A stretch of 63,017 nucleotides of DNA, the filler included, from Hausera hauseri (lineage: Eukaryota), in assembly GCA_046269625.1 (NCBI GenBank). It is 13 parts of 13 records of this genome, joined end to end, with 100 filler letters (N's around TTAATTAATTAA, not from the genome) between each part and the next. Parts side by side here need not be neighbours in the genome. Positions count along the whole stretch, not along the records: positions 9,272 to 15,958 come from JBJURY010075104.1; positions 16,059 to 21,075 come from JBJURY010361041.1; positions 21,176 to 26,154 come from JBJURY010372259.1; 10 more parts are not named here. The stretch is one strand, 5' to 3'. A program made the translations under genes and the position numbers. The notes under the pieces are model-generated. The model was not told where the DNA came from, did not search any database, and was given only the letters and a program-made list of their open reading frames with translations. Each line of letters starts with the position of its first letter. The first letter of the stretch is position 1. Shown one piece after another: positions 12,201-25,879 of this stretch.

Positions 12201-15200
12201 TGGACCTCCATAGTGTGTTCTTTCATAGTTGGGACTTCGAGATGTTGTCTTTCACGGTGTGCACTTCTATTATGTGGTGTTTCATGGTGTTGACTTCCAT
12301 AATGTGGCCTTTCATGGTGTGGACTTCCAGATGTGGTCCTTCATGGTGTGGACTTCCATATTATGGTCTTTCATGGTGGGCATTTCCATGATATGGTCTT
12401 TCATGATGCGGACTTCCATGATGTGGCCTTTCATGGTGTGGACTTCCAGATGTGGTCTTTCATGGTGCGGACTTCCATGATGTGGTCTTTCATGGTGGAG
12501 ACATCCATGAAGTGGTCTTTCTGGGTTGGGACTTCCATGATGTAGTCTTTCGTGGTGTGGACTTCCATACTATGGTCCTTCATGGTGGGGACATCCATGA
12601 TGTGGCCTTTAATGGTGTGGATTTCCATATGTGGTCCTTCATAGTGTGGAATTCCATATTATGGACTTTCATGGTGGCGATTTCTATGACATGATCTTTC
12701 ATGATGGGGACTTACATGATGTGGTCTTTCATGGTGTGGACTTCCATACTATGGTCTTTGATGGTGGGGACATCCATGATATGGTCTTTAACGGTGGGGA
12801 CTTCCATGATGTGGTCTTTCAAGGTGCGGATTTCCATGATGTGGCCTTTCATAGTGTTGTCTTCCATGATATGATCTTTCATGGTGTTGACGTCCATAGT
12901 GTGGTCTTTCATGGTGTGGACTTCCATACTAAGGTCTTTGATGGTGGGTACATCCATGATATGATCTTTCATGATGGGGACTTTCATAATGTGGTCTTTC
13001 ATGGTGTGGACTTCCATACTACGGTCTTTGATGGTGGGTACATCCATGATATGGTCTTTAACGGTGGGGACTTCCATGATGTGGTCTTTCAAGGTGCGGA
13101 TTTTCATGATGTGGCCTTTCATAGTGTTGTCTTCCATGATATGATCTTTCATGGTGTTGACGTCCTTAGTGTGGTCTTTCATGGTGTGGACTTCCATACT
13201 AAGGTCTTTCATGGTGGGGACATCAATGATATGGTCTTTCATGATGTGGAGTTCAATGTTGTGGCCTTTCGTGGTGTGGACTTCCATACTATGGTCTTTC
13301 ATGGTGGAGACATCCATGAAGTGGTCTTTCTGGGTGGGGACTTCCATACTATGGTCCTTCATTGTGGGGACATCCATGATGTGGCCTTTGATGGTGTGGA
13401 CTTCAATATGTGGTCCTTCATGGTGTGAAATTCTATATTATTGTCTTTCATGGTGGCGATTTCCATGATTTGATCTTTCATGATGAGGACTTCCATGATG
13501 TGTTCTTTCATAGTGTGGACTTTCATATTATGGTTTTTCATTGTGAGGACTTCCATGCTGTGGTCTTTCATGGTGTGGTCTTCCATGTTATGGTCTTTCA
13601 TCGTTTTGACTTCCAGATGTGGTTTTTCATGGTGTGGACTTCCACATTATTATCTTTCATGGTGGGGATTTCCATGATATGGTGTTTCACGGTGGGGACT
13701 TCCATGATGTGGTCTTTCAAGGTGCGGTTTCCATGATATGGTCTTTCATGGTGTGGGGTTCCATGGTGTGGCCTTTTATGGTGTGGAATTCCATTGTGTG
13801 GCCTTTCATGGTGTGGACTTCCATACTATGGTCTTTCATGGTGGTTACATCCATGTGTGGCCTTTGATGGTGTGGACTTCCAGATGTGTTCCTTCATGGT
13901 GTGGACTTCCATATTATTGTCTTTCATGGTGGGGATTTCCATAATATGGTCTTTCATGGTGGGGACTTCCATGATGTGGTCTTTCATGATGTGGACTTTC
14001 GTGGTGGGCACTTTATTATTGCCGATTTCAATAAAGTGGTCTACCATGGTGGAAACTTCCATCATGTGGTCTTTCGTGGTATGGACCTCCATAGTGTGTT
14101 CTTTCATAGTTGGGACTTCGAGATGTTGTCTTTCACGGTGTGCACTTCTATTATGTGGTGTTTCATGGTGTTGACTTCCATAATGTGGCCTTTCATGGTG
14201 TGGACTTCCAGATGTGGTCCTTCATGGTGTGGACTTCCATATTATGGTCTTTCATGGTGGGCATTTCCATGATATGGTCTTTCATGGTGCGGACTTCCAT
14301 GATGTGGTCTTTCATAGTGTGGACTTCCATGATATGGTCTTTCATGGTGTTGACTTTTATAGTGTGTTCTTTTATGGTGTGGACTTCCATACTATAGTCT
14401 TTCACGGTGGGGACTTCTATGATGTGGTCTTTTACGGTGCGCACTTCCATGATTTGGTCTTTCATAGTGTGGTCTTCCATGATATGGTCTTTCTTGGTGT
14501 TGAATTCCCTAGTGTGGTCTTTCATGGTGTGGACTTCCATACTATGGTCTTTCATGGTGTGGACTTCCATGGTTTGGCCTTTTATGGTGTGGACTTTCAT
14601 GGTGTGGCCTTTTATGGTGTGGACTTCCAGATGTTGTTTTTCATGAAGTGGAATTCTATGATTTGGTCTTTTATGGTGTGGACTTTGATAGTGTGTTCTT
14701 TCATGGTGGTGACTTCCAGATTTGGTTTTTCATGGTGTGGAATTCCATGGTGTGGCCTTTCATGGTGTTGACTTCCATAGTGTGGTCTTTTATGGTGTGG
14801 ACTTCCATACTCTGGTCTTTTATGGTGGGGACTTCCATGATGTGGTTTTTCACGGTGTGGACTCCCATGGTTTGGCCTTTCATGGTGTGGACTTCCAGAT
14901 GTTGTCTTTCATGGCGTGGAATTCCATGGTTTGGTATTTCATGGTGTGGTCTTTGATAGTGTGTTCTTTTATGGTGGTGACTTCCTGATTTGCTCTTTCA
15001 TGGTGTGGAATTCCATGGTGTGGCCTTTCATCGTGTGGATTTCCATACTTTGGTGTTTCATTGCGCGGACTTCCATGGTGTGGCCACTCATGATGTGGAT
15101 TTCCATACTATGTTCTTTCATGGTGGGGACATCCGTGATATGGTCTTTCACGGTGGGGACTTCCATTATGTGGTCTTTCACGGTGGGGACTTCCATGATG

Positions 15201-15958
15201 TGGCCTTTCATGGTGTGGACGTCCATCATATGGTCTTTCTTGGCGTGGTCTTCCATGAGGTGATCTTTCATGTTGTGGTCCTCCATGATGTGGTCTTTCA
15301 TGGTGTTGATTTCCATAGTTTGATCTTTCATGGTGTAGACTTCCATACTATGGCCTTTCGTGTTGGGGACTTACATAATGTGGCCTTTCATGGTGTGGAC
15401 TTCCATGATATGGACTTTCTTGGCGTGGTCTTCCATGAGGTGATCATTCATGTTGTGGTCCTCCAAGATATGGTCTTTCATGGTATTGACTTCCATAGTG
15501 TGATCTTTCATGGTGTGGACTTTCATACTATGGACTTTCATGGTGGGGACATCCATGAAGTGTTCTTTCAAGGTGTGGACTTCTATACTATGGTCTTTCA
15601 TGGTGTGGATTTCCATGGTGTGGCCTTTCATGGTGTTGACTTCCATAGTGTGGTTTTTCATGGTGTGGACTTCCATACTCTGGTCTTTCAATGCTGGGAC
15701 TTCCATTATGTGGTTTTTCACGGTGTGGACTCCCATGGTGTGGCCTTTCATGGTGTGGACTTCCATGCTATGGTCTATCATGGTGGGGACTTCCATAATG
15801 TGGTCTTTCATGGTGTGGATTATCATGGTGTAACCTTTCATGGTGTGGAGTTTCATACTATGTTCTTACACGGTGGGGACATCCATGATGTGGTCTTTCA
15901 TGGTGTGGACTTCCATGGTGTGGCCTTTCATGGTGTGGACTTCCATGGTGTGGCCTTT
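9272..15958. repeat. Tandem satellite, about 30-bp unit (CATGGTGTGGACTTC-CATGATGTGGTCTTT, two 15-bp halves) with kb-scale higher-order duplication
   Basis: Fills the whole contig; a diagnostic variant block (CACTTTATTATTGC.GATTTCAATAAAGTGG) recurs near 9915, 12125 and 14006. Confidence 0.97.
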
Positions 15959-16058
15959 NNNNNNNNNNNNNNNNNNNNNNNNNNNNNNNNNNNNNNNNNN
16001 NNTTAATTAATTAANNNNNNNNNNNNNNNNNNNNNNNNNNNNNNNNNNNNNNNNNNNN

Positions 16059-17900
16059 GCAGAAATCAACCAACCAAAATACGAATTGTTAAAGAAAGAT
16101 CAAAAATGGGAATGGACGGAGGAGAACCAGACTGCGTTTGATGAAATCAAGAAACGACTGATATCAGCACCAATATTGCGATATCCTGATTTCACCTTAC
16201 CCTTCATTCTTAAAACAGATGCTAGCATCAAAGCCATTAGTTATACATTAGCCCAACAAAATCCGAACGCAACAACCGAACATGTTATCGCTTACGGAGG
16301 ACGCAGTTTAAACAATGCAGGAAGGAAATACTCTACCACTGAATTAGAATTGCTAGCGATTCGAGGTGGATTACGACATTATGAATATTATGTATATGGG
16401 CATAAAATTATAATATTCACCGATCACAAAGCTTTACTCTCATTGAGATCCGACAATCGGCATATATCTAGCCGCCTCCAAAGATGAAAATTAGAACTTT
16501 TGAATTATGATATCGAATACAAATATCGACCAGGAAAAGAAAATACGGATGCTGACGCAATCTCACGCCTACCTTACGAAAGAATAATAGCAACAACTCA
16601 TAAATCCGATGATGAGAGATAAATTATTAAACAAGACAGTCATTAACGAAATGTTACAAGAACAACGACAACTTCAGGTTCGAAATATTGAAGCCTTACA
16701 AAACCAGGACACATTTATTGCGCAAGTTAAATTTATAATCAATGGACATCCAACCGAACAAGTAGCTGATCACATTAAGAAATTCTACGATAAACATAAA
16801 GAACAATTAGAAATAGAACAAGGTATTTTACAAATAAACATTGGAGAACGGAACATTGGCAATTAAAGTAATTATGTTGCAAGAACATGATTCCCACCTA
16901 GCCGGACATCCATCTCTGAATAAAACATTAAAGCGTATAACAGCGAAATATTATTGGCCGCAAATGAATAAATATATAGAACGACCGGTACGGTCATGCA
17001 AAATGTGTGCTACAAGAAAGGACAGAGGATTCAGAACAAAACCTTTTCTAAGAAGCCTTCCAGAAGCACGTAAACCCATGGAAGTCTGCGCAATGGACAT
17101 ATCAGGACCCTTTCCTGTTTTCAAATCGGGATACAAATATATCCTGTCATTCACTGATTATTATTCTCGATATGTTGTTCTCGTACCACTAAAGAATATG
17201 AGTAGTAGCACAGTTGCCGAAGCATTTTTCCACGAGATAGTAGCCGTACTCGGGACACCAAAACAGCTGCTAACTGATCGCGCACCATATTTTATAAGCG
17301 AATTCTTTGAAAAATTAACGAAAATATTACAGTGCAAACACTTACTAACAACATCCTACCATCAACAATGTAACGGTATAGTTAAGAGGATGAATCGTAC
17401 CATTCAGGGTATTCTTTCTACCAAGGTGGCAAATGACAAAAAAGATTGGCATGAACATTTGAAAACTACAGCTTTCGCAATCAATACCACTCCAACCAAA
17501 AGCACCAATCATTCACCCTTTGAGTTAATGTTTGGACGCTTACCTTTATTGCCTTTGGCCACTAAATTGTTACCATTATCATTATTAACCAGCGATCATA
17601 TGGATGAAAAATATCAAATTTTGTTAAAACGACTTCAGTGTTTTCAGCAAAAAGCAAAAGAATTTGAGTGTAAATATAAAGCAGGATATAGAAAACAGTT
17701 TAACAAAAAGGCACGACCCCATACTTACAAGATTGGAGATTATATTATGGTTCACTACCCTGCTGTAAAAAAGGGCAAGTCATTGAAATTAACACGCACA
17801 GGTCAAGGTCCATACAAAGTAGTTGACGTACGTCCACAAACATTTTTTATTCAAAAGGGACATGATAAATATGAAGCTGTTTCAGTTCAACGAGTAACTC
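16059..17900 (+). pseudogene. Gypsy pol 3' half: RT connection/RNase H and integrase
   Basis: FILKTDAS...YSTTELELLAI...FTDHKAL (RNase H); HDSHLAGH...SCKMC (HHCC); AMDISGP, LLTDRA, RMNRTI (DDE core); GPY motif. One stop and frameshifts. Confidence 0.93.
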
Positions 17901-18860
17901 GTGCACCAACGCCGTGTAATGAATATTTAAACAACATTGAATCAGATTCACTTGTAAATGAAGAAAATAAAGTAGCGACCCTGTTTAAAGCTCATAATGC
18001 GTGCACTCAGATGAATTATTTTCCTTGTTTTACTCTCGTTGCTTACTTACTTTTAATAGCGTTTTTATTACCTAACGTGATTGTTAATACATCTACCATG
18101 AAACCTACACATATTGAATTATTACAACGTGCCACGATCGTTAGTATAAACACGCACAAACCTAGTATTTGCTTTAGAACCCACTTACCAATAATATTAC
18201 ATCACACAGTTTAATTTGTTGTTACATCACAACGAAATATCTCCACTGATTGTGTAATTCCTGCCCTGAACAATCAGGCCTGCTGTTCTGCTAATTATGT
18301 CATGACTTATTCATATTATGTAATACTCAAGAGAAACAACACTAAAATCGCTATATGGGAACCAAATCTAATCTTTCACCCACCTACTTATCAAGAAATG
18401 AGTTTCCTAGAAACTTCAGACGTTTTTTCTCGTAGCAGTCTTATCGCTCGATTTCTTCAAACCAACATCAAAATTTCTAACATTAATCTTACCAAAAAAC
18501 CTCCCTATGTGAACTTCCGTACCACAAAACTACTACCCGGTCCCTTTGAAATCAGTATATGGCTTGATCCCATTACAACACACGTACAACAACCACATTA
18601 CTGCTATCTCAAGCGGTATGACACACGTTCGTGTTGCGCACTTTATCCCTACATCTGGTATAGAATTCGTTTGGACGCCTATCAAACTCTAGATAATAGA
18701 CAATCAATTCGAGTACATTCTCATCGTATCCCTATTCTTGTTGCCGTCAAGCCACACATACCTTTCCCAATAATTCTCAAACCACACACTTCCCCACCTT
18801 CCACTAAACAGCTAAAAACAACGAGTTTCAACAATACACCCACCTCTAAGGGTAGGGGAA
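17900..18860 (+). pseudogene. Unknown C-terminal extension in frame with integrase: hydrophobic signal/TM-like stretch followed by a Cys-containing domain
   Basis: Integrase frame continues through MNYFPCFTLVAYLLLIAFLLPNVIV; one TAA at 18212-18214, then the same frame stays open (QACCSANY...CYLKRYDTRSCCALYP) to the PPT. Confidence 0.5.
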
Positions 18861-18862
18861 AT
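18848..18862 (+). promoter_or_regulatory. Polypurine tract
   Basis: AAGGGTAGGGGAAA directly before the TG start of the putative LTR. Confidence 0.75.
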
Positions 18863-20206
18863 TGTGACCGAAATTGTGATCAAAACCGAAATCAAACTAC
18901 AACAAAACATAATCCGAAGCAGTATCCACTGAAATCCAAAGTTCATTTACAAGAGAAACCGTATAAACATGCCTTTTATGGAAAACTTATAAAAGAATTT
19001 CCGATAAGGGTTAAACTAATACCATATATAAACAGAATTGAAATAATACTCGCACAAAATGCAGAGAATCAAAGCATTTTTATAACATGTACAGTAACCC
19101 ACGAGAAAACCAGTTTTAAAACTCGCGAAACTTTTGTGGAAAATTAACCCCAGATAGGAATTATTTAGTAAACATAAAAACTCACGATAATTCTAAACTT
19201 TTAGCTATAAAAACTTTGACTACAGTTGATAGTTATAGGAATATAAGATACAATGAAGAAAATGAGAAATGGAAGAATACAACGCCGACCCCAATGAATA
19301 CAGAGATATATTTCACACAATATTGGTGGATATTTCTCATATTGTTTGTAATAGGAATTATCTCTATTCTTACCGCACTTACAAAGTAATTTCACTGTAA
19401 AAAGACACATAACCAATCTTATTATTCGATTCCTCAAAATAATAAAATCTATACGATAGCAGAATCACATTCTAGTAGAAAGGAATCAATTGAAATGCAA
19501 AACAACATAAACTCAATAATCGAACCAAATGAGAGAGCGCAGAGTATATTTTGTTTCACACAGATATTCATGATATGGATTGTAAAAAATATAGATCTGA
19601 GACTTCCATTGGCTTCAATCATCACCTCATGTGGACCAGTCATGATGTGTTATATAATTTATAAGTTAACGACCAATGAAATAAAAGTAACTAATTCAGT
19701 AAATTGGCCAATCAGATTTATGACTAAAATTAAGTATAAAAACCGGCTCAATATTCAAAAGGATGCCTATGAACTAAAAATGCAACCTGGTCAAGTACCA
19801 AGGAAACAATTTAGTCAAATATCTGATACGAAACCAAGAATACAAATTTATGCCAAACAAACAATCAGAGACCGAATTGGTAACAATAACTTCTCAAAAT
19901 GATGACAATCAAGACCAAGGAATACGAAGATTCAGCACTGCTCAACGTACAATGATATTCGCGTTCTACGATAAAATTATTGTTCATACAGACGGTTCCT
20001 GTGATCATATAAACCATGTAAAGAAAATACCAAATACTCTTAAATACGGCGAAATACGTAACCGAGAAATGTTTCTTTTTAAAGCATTAAATTCCGATAC
20101 AACAATCCGATTACCTAAGTGGACCGAAGGAAATACCGGAATGGTTATAAATGTCACAATAGGTAAACTAATGTTCATTTTTCTATGTGATTACAAACGG
20201 GTCACA
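18863..20206 (+). mobile_element. Putative 3' LTR (about 1.34 kb)
   Basis: Starts TGTGACC after the PPT and ends GGTCACA, a perfect 7-bp terminal inverted repeat. The right boundary rests on this repeat only. Confidence 0.65.
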
Positions 20207-20289
20207 ATATTTATGGAGAGATAATCACAGCTCAAGAGGAAAAACCTGTTCGTGTGAAGGAGCTGAGCACATATAAAGTTAAGTGTGAC

Positions 20290-21035
20290 ATTCTAATCAC
20301 AAGGCAACTGTTGAAAGAGGGAATATCAATGTTGCAATAGCAATTTTGTTGTTGTTGCAATGTTTAGATTCAACCAACAACAACACGCAACAGCTATAGA
20401 ATGGTTACTACTGGACAGACGTTAAAAACATTTCAACACTTCAATGATCACAGAAACATAATCAGTAATGACAAGATCGCCAAATCCTAGCTCTTTTAGC
20501 TTGGACCAGACAACTCCTGGAATGGCCGCTTCATCAAAGTAGACGGATTCAGTTCTCCGACCAGTTCTCCATTCATTGTTTGCCTGGGCGTGGTCTGCTG
20601 TATGGTCCTCAAGGACAATGCGTTGGGGGTAGTTGTGTACTACAGAGAGACAAGGTGAGAGAAGGCAGTGTTACATTCATATAGGGCCAGAACGAAACTC
20701 GTCATAATTGTAAACCTGTCGAGTTTACGATGCAGAGATGGCATCCCCACATAAGTTGTATCTAATTTCCAAATGGACCCGGCATGGCACTACAGTAAAA
20801 TAATGTTTGCGCACATGTGGAACTTTTGGTCAAGGACAACTTTCAATGCCAAGAGATTGGTGATTTCGGCCAAGTGTTTCTCCGGATCAGTCTCCAATCG
20901 AGCACGTGATGGACGAACTGGAGCATGCTTTGTGAAGAAGACAACATCCTCCTCAAAACCTGCACCTGTTTGAACAAACCTGTTTGAGCAAGATTTGCAA
21001 ATAGAATGGAATAACATGCTTGGACAATACATCAA
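20290..21035 (+). mobile_element. Tc1/mariner transposase remnant
   Basis: Frame-broken motifs AWTRQ..EW...QFSD, RTKLVII.NL and SPDQSPIEHVMDELEHAL*RRQHPPQNL, equivalent to the Tc1 SPDLSPIEHxWD motif. Confidence 0.8.
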
Positions 21036-21175
21036 ACCGATCTTTGTCTCCAAAGTAATGATAACCGATCAAGGTNNNNNNNNNNNNNNNNNNNNNNNNN
21101 NNNNNNNNNNNNNNNNNNNTTAATTAATTAANNNNNNNNNNNNNNNNNNNNNNNNNNNNNNNNNNNNNNNNNNNN

Positions 21176-24100
21176 AAACCTGCTGATCCAAGTGCGGATG
21201 AAAACGTCTGCGATGGTTTCTGTGTTGGTGCTCCGAAGCGGGACAGCCTCTGCCCATCGCGAGGAACGGTCCATCATTGTGAGGATGAACTGATGACCTT
21301 TTTCTAAGGGTAATGAACCTACAAGGTCAATGTGAACAGATTCGAAACGAGACGTGCAGGGAAATGAAATAGTGGTGTCTTTAGGTGCTAAGTAACTTTG
21401 TATTTTTGGCATGCCACACACTGCCTAACCCATGCCTGCACGTCAGAGTGCATCGACAGCCATATTACTTGGCGTTGTAAGAGTCGAAAAGTGGCCTTGA
21501 CACCGGGATGATGCACCGAATGGACGCTGTGGATTGCTTCTTTTATAAGCGACTCAGAAAGAATGATTTTGGGATTATTATGTTTGGAGGTGTCGAAAGC
21601 CACACCGTCGATGGTTTTGCAAGATTTAAAAGATTTAAGGATGTCAGGAGGTGGCTGGTTTTGCTGAAGTTTGTATTGAGGAAAAATTTGTGTAAAATCA
21701 ATCGAGCTGATTGATCTGGACAAAAGTCAGCTACTAAATTGTCGACTCCGTTTAGATGCTTAATTACAAAAGTAAACGTTGACAAATGCGATATTTGCCT
21801 CTCCTGGAGTGGAGAAGACGATTTCATGATGAGAATTTGAAGCAAGGGCTTGTGGTCCGTTTGTATGATAAAAGTTCGTGCAGTTAGCATATATTTGAAG
21901 TGTTTTACGGCAAGAATCATTGCAAGCAACTCTTGGTCAAAGGTGGAATATCTTTGTTCTTGTGCTGTGAATTTTCGAGGAAAGAATTCAAATGGTTTAC
22001 GGGATCCATTTTTAACTTGATGAAGGACAGCACCTGCAGCTGTTGTGGATGCGTCGGCGGTTAAGAAAAGTTCTGCATTGGAGTCTGGATAGGCCAGGAT
22101 TTCCACAGTTTTTAAATTGTCTTTGAGGCGATTGAAAGCATTGACTAGATTGGCGGTCCATTGAATAGCCTGCTTCTTCTTGCCGGAGCTTAGTGATGCA
22201 AATGGAGCGGTTAGAGTGGAGCAATGTGGAACGTATTTATGAATAAAGTGCAAGGTTCCAAGGAAAGAACGCATCTCTGTTGATGTACGTGGAAGTTGTA
22301 TGTTTTTGAGCTGAGTGATGCGGTCTGGCTGAGGTGAATGTCCGGAGGAGCTAATAACATGTCCTAGGAAGTTAACCTTATATTGAAAGAAAGAGCATTT
22401 GGAGAAATTGATTTGCAAGTTGTTTTAGTGCAGGCGTTGGAAGATCAAACGCAGGTATTTGGAGTGCTGCATTGAGGAAGATGATGCAATTAAAATGTTA
22501 TCAATATAGGGATAAGCGAAGGCTAAACCTGAAAAAACTGTATCGATATGCCTTTGGAAGGTCTGGGAAGCACTACAGAGTCCAAAATGCATAAAGAGGT
22601 ATTCGAAAAGACCGAAAGGCGTAATGACAGCCGTTTTCGGAATATCTGCTGGAGCCACCGGAATTTGGTGGTATGCTTTGTGTAGATCAATGCAGGAAAA
22701 GATGGTTGAACCATGGAGCCTGTGTAGAATATCGTTGATTAATGGTAGAAGGTAGGCATCCATTGTTGTTATGGTGTTAAGTTGGCGGTAATCACCGCAT
22801 GGCCGAAAAGTGCTATCTTTTTTGGAACCACATGCAGTGGTGAAAACCATGGAGATTTTGATCTTCTGATTATGCTTGATTTTTCAAGGTCAAGGAACTC
22901 AGCCTCCACTGCCTGTCTGCGTCGAGGCGATAGCGGACGGACCTTTTGACGTATTGGTCTTTGATATGCTGTTACTATGTTATGAAATGCGGATTGAGGT
23001 GATACAAATGATTTATTCTTTTGCAAGAGACGCGTGCAGGAAGACGAAATGTATTGTTGTAAATCAGAAGGCAAAGATGACAAATTATCCTATGGTGTCG
23101 ATGCATTGTGACTGGATGCAGTTGAGGTATGAGTTATAGGCGAGGTGTTGTGACTGGGTGGTATTTGGTGCAGGATGTTCGTGTTGAAGATGGTGTTGGC
23201 AGCTGTGTTATTAGTAATAGGTGTCACGCAGTTGGAAATATTGCATTTGTCACCGTAATAAAAATTTCTATATAATAAATGATTATAAAAATAATTCATA
23301 TCGGTAGTCGATTGCTTCAGTATCGACTTACTGGACACGATCGCCGGGGTGATCATCGAAATGCTGCTGATTTGATTAAGATTATCTCCGCTCTTTAAGG
23401 AACATTGTTTGCAATCTACAAGTAAATTGTAGTGGGAAAGAAAGTCTGAATCCAATATATGTGTTTGTACATTAGCTATTGTAAATTTCCATGTGAATGT
23501 GTTTGTGAAGTGTGGGAGAGTGAATGTTAATGTGGTGACTCCAAAAATTTGTAGGGGTTCACCGGACGCAGTGAATAATTGCTTTTGTTAAGTGTAATTG
23601 TGTTAAATGTGTTGTGTTGGTGGCAGTAAAGAGATTGCTGCGCCGGTGTCTATAAGAAAGTTTATTTTTTGTTTGTTGGAGTGATGACTGCTGCTTCTAA
23701 CGTGAATACAGAAAAAGAAATGTGCCGGCTATGTTTTTGCAGGTTGTTGCCTTTGCTAGGACTTGCCGTGTGTCCTAGTGGCGAAATTAGTGTTTTGGAG
23801 CTGGTGAGTTTGGCCTACTGTTTTGTGTGAGCTTATTAGTGTTGGTTTTATTGTGTGTGCTGTAGGTACAGCCAGATAGGCATTTTTGTGCTTTAGTGCC
23901 AAATTTTGAGTGGAAGATGCAAACGATATTGCTTGTATTGAAATTAGGGGAATGACATTTACAACGGATGCAGCATTTCTGAGTATTGTTGCCAAATTTT
24001 TTATGATAATAGCAAATTAATGACCGCGCGGGCGAAGGCGACCGTTTTTGACGTGGATTAAATACAGTAGGAGAAGAAGCTCTAGAAAAACCCCGTCGAG

Positions 24101-25210
24101 GTAATGTTAATGCGTTTAGTTTGTCGTTAATGTTGTTGATTGTCTTTTGCAATGTTTCATTTTCTGTGCGTAATTGCGCAATTTGTTGCTGCAGCATTGC
24201 ATTTTGTTGTTGTTGGTCGGTTTTTAATGCTGCAAAAATAATTGGTGCTGCGTATGAATGCAGTACTTCGTATGCCTTGTCTGCCAGTTTGGCTAGCTTG
24301 TTAAGAGCCGTTGAGTCTTCAATCACAATTAACAAGGCTCTTATTTGAAGGGACAATGCATTTAAGAAGTAGCGGCGAAGAAGCTCGGGGCTGTGTTCAG
24401 AGGTTACGCCAAAGTTGTTGAGGTTAGACAAGAATGTGCGTAGGAATTCAGAAGGCTTCTGAAGGCCCATGGCGTTGTCGTTAAAGAACCTTTAAATTAT
24501 TGAATCGATTGAAGGCTCAGTAAGGTTGAGGACGGCATTATAGAGTTGTGTATATAGGTCAGCATGCTGAAGGATATCAATTATATTGGTGATTTTAGTT
24601 TTGATGGAGGCTGGTAAGTGGAAAAAGAGTCTATTGGCTTTGGATAAAGAGTTGACGACGTTTTGCTATTAAAGCCAAAATTGGTGCAGTTTTAGCCACG
24701 TTTGAGTAGAGTTTTGGCTATCGAGAAAGTATTCGGTGCAAGGTGAATGAGTGAGGAGGGTATGTTGTGTAGGGATGTTGGAAGCGCTGTGTTTGGGTAA
24801 GTGAATAATTGGAATTTGTTGTTTAGTGAGTTTGTCCATGGTGTCAGTTGTGGGTTACGAATCCATGCCACCACGGATACGGAAATAAATGGTGAGACAG
24901 ATATGGGTTGAAAAAGATTGTAGAGTTCCGGCGAGGGGTACTAGTTATCCGTTGTGTGTAAGGTAGAAATCAGAAGAGTGGAGTAGGGTGGAAATAAAAG
25001 TGTGAATGGTCGCAGTGTGAAAATGCAATGCTGTGTGTGTTAATGTGTTTGTTGTTGAGCAAAAAGAAAAAGAAATAAGAGTTGGTGTGCCCGGGGGCGT
25101 GTCGTGGTGCTAAAGCAAAAAGCGCCGTCTGACCTACTGGCGCAGGGTGGGCGGCCGGGACCTCAGCCTCGCCGCGACGGGTCCCAAATTTTGGTGTGAC
25201 CGATCTCTTA
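21176..25210 (-). mobile_element. Ty3/Gypsy LTR retrotransposon, CsRn1-like: gag-PR-RT-RH-IN, frameshifted
   Basis: Gag 23787-24900 (KPSEFLR...LLRRYFLNAL; two CxxHx9Cx3C-type knuckles); protease FLIDTGAAISLLP near 23640; RT RPCGDYRQLN...PYIDNIL; RNase H LTADAS...TDHKPL; integrase HSVHHPG...CVACQ...VHIDLVG. Confidence 0.93.
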
Positions 25211-25652
25211 CCTGTTATACTATAGAGCACGTTCAAAACCGGAAAAAAGTGTTTCAGGATCATTTTTGGCGCTAAAACTTTAGGTAGATTGTGTATACCA
25301 TGGAGACAAATCATCCTGCGGAGGTAATTGTAACTTCGTGACATATCAACTAAAATTCGCAAGTTATTAGCGGAATTTATGACAGGTTTGTAATTAGGAT
25401 TACTTACATGCTGCGATATCAGGGGGTTCCGCTGTCAATGTCTGATGGTCAGATGGCTGATTTGTCAGCGGTGACAAGTACAATCGACGGAAACGTCAGA
25501 AGCTCTCCAGTTGTTAGGAATGGTCGAATCTTCTTTATGCTAATCCCTTGTTTAACTCGAGAACTGAGCATCATGAGGCAAATATGGACCATATGTTTAA
25601 ATGATTGAGTGTTTGTTAATGGTAAAAATATTTTGGAGACATTTAGAATATC

Positions 25653-25832
25653 CTACTCTAAAATTGGTCCTGGACAGTTTGGAATTACAATGCATAGATT
25701 AGCATTTTCTGTGACAAAATGACGGCTCATTTTAGATGAACATATAGAACCAAGTGTGCATAATGCCAGACTGACAATATACTGATTACTATGATTAAAA
25801 TCATCCTTGAGAGAATTAGGAACAAGTACATG
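25653..25832 (-). pseudogene. AP1G1: Fragment of AP-1 adaptor complex gamma subunit (gamma-adaptin N-terminal region), degraded
   Basis: HVLVPNSLKDDFNHSNQYIVSLALCTLGSICSSKMSR resembles the conserved gamma-adaptin segment (NxxKNDLNHSxQ(F/Y)xxGLALCTLG...SxEMxRD). Confidence 0.7.
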
Positions 25833-25879
25833 AGAGTAGGGGAAAAAAGAGTGTTCTGGGCCAAGTGGGGGAGTCCGCC

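Noticed and set aside
9286-16006. Dozens of His/Val/Phe- or Met-rich ORFs, and a possible CRISPR-like array
   Set aside because: The ORFs follow from a 30-bp unit that is stop-free in four frames, and frequent 1-nt indels switch frames. There are no unique spacers and no cas genes.
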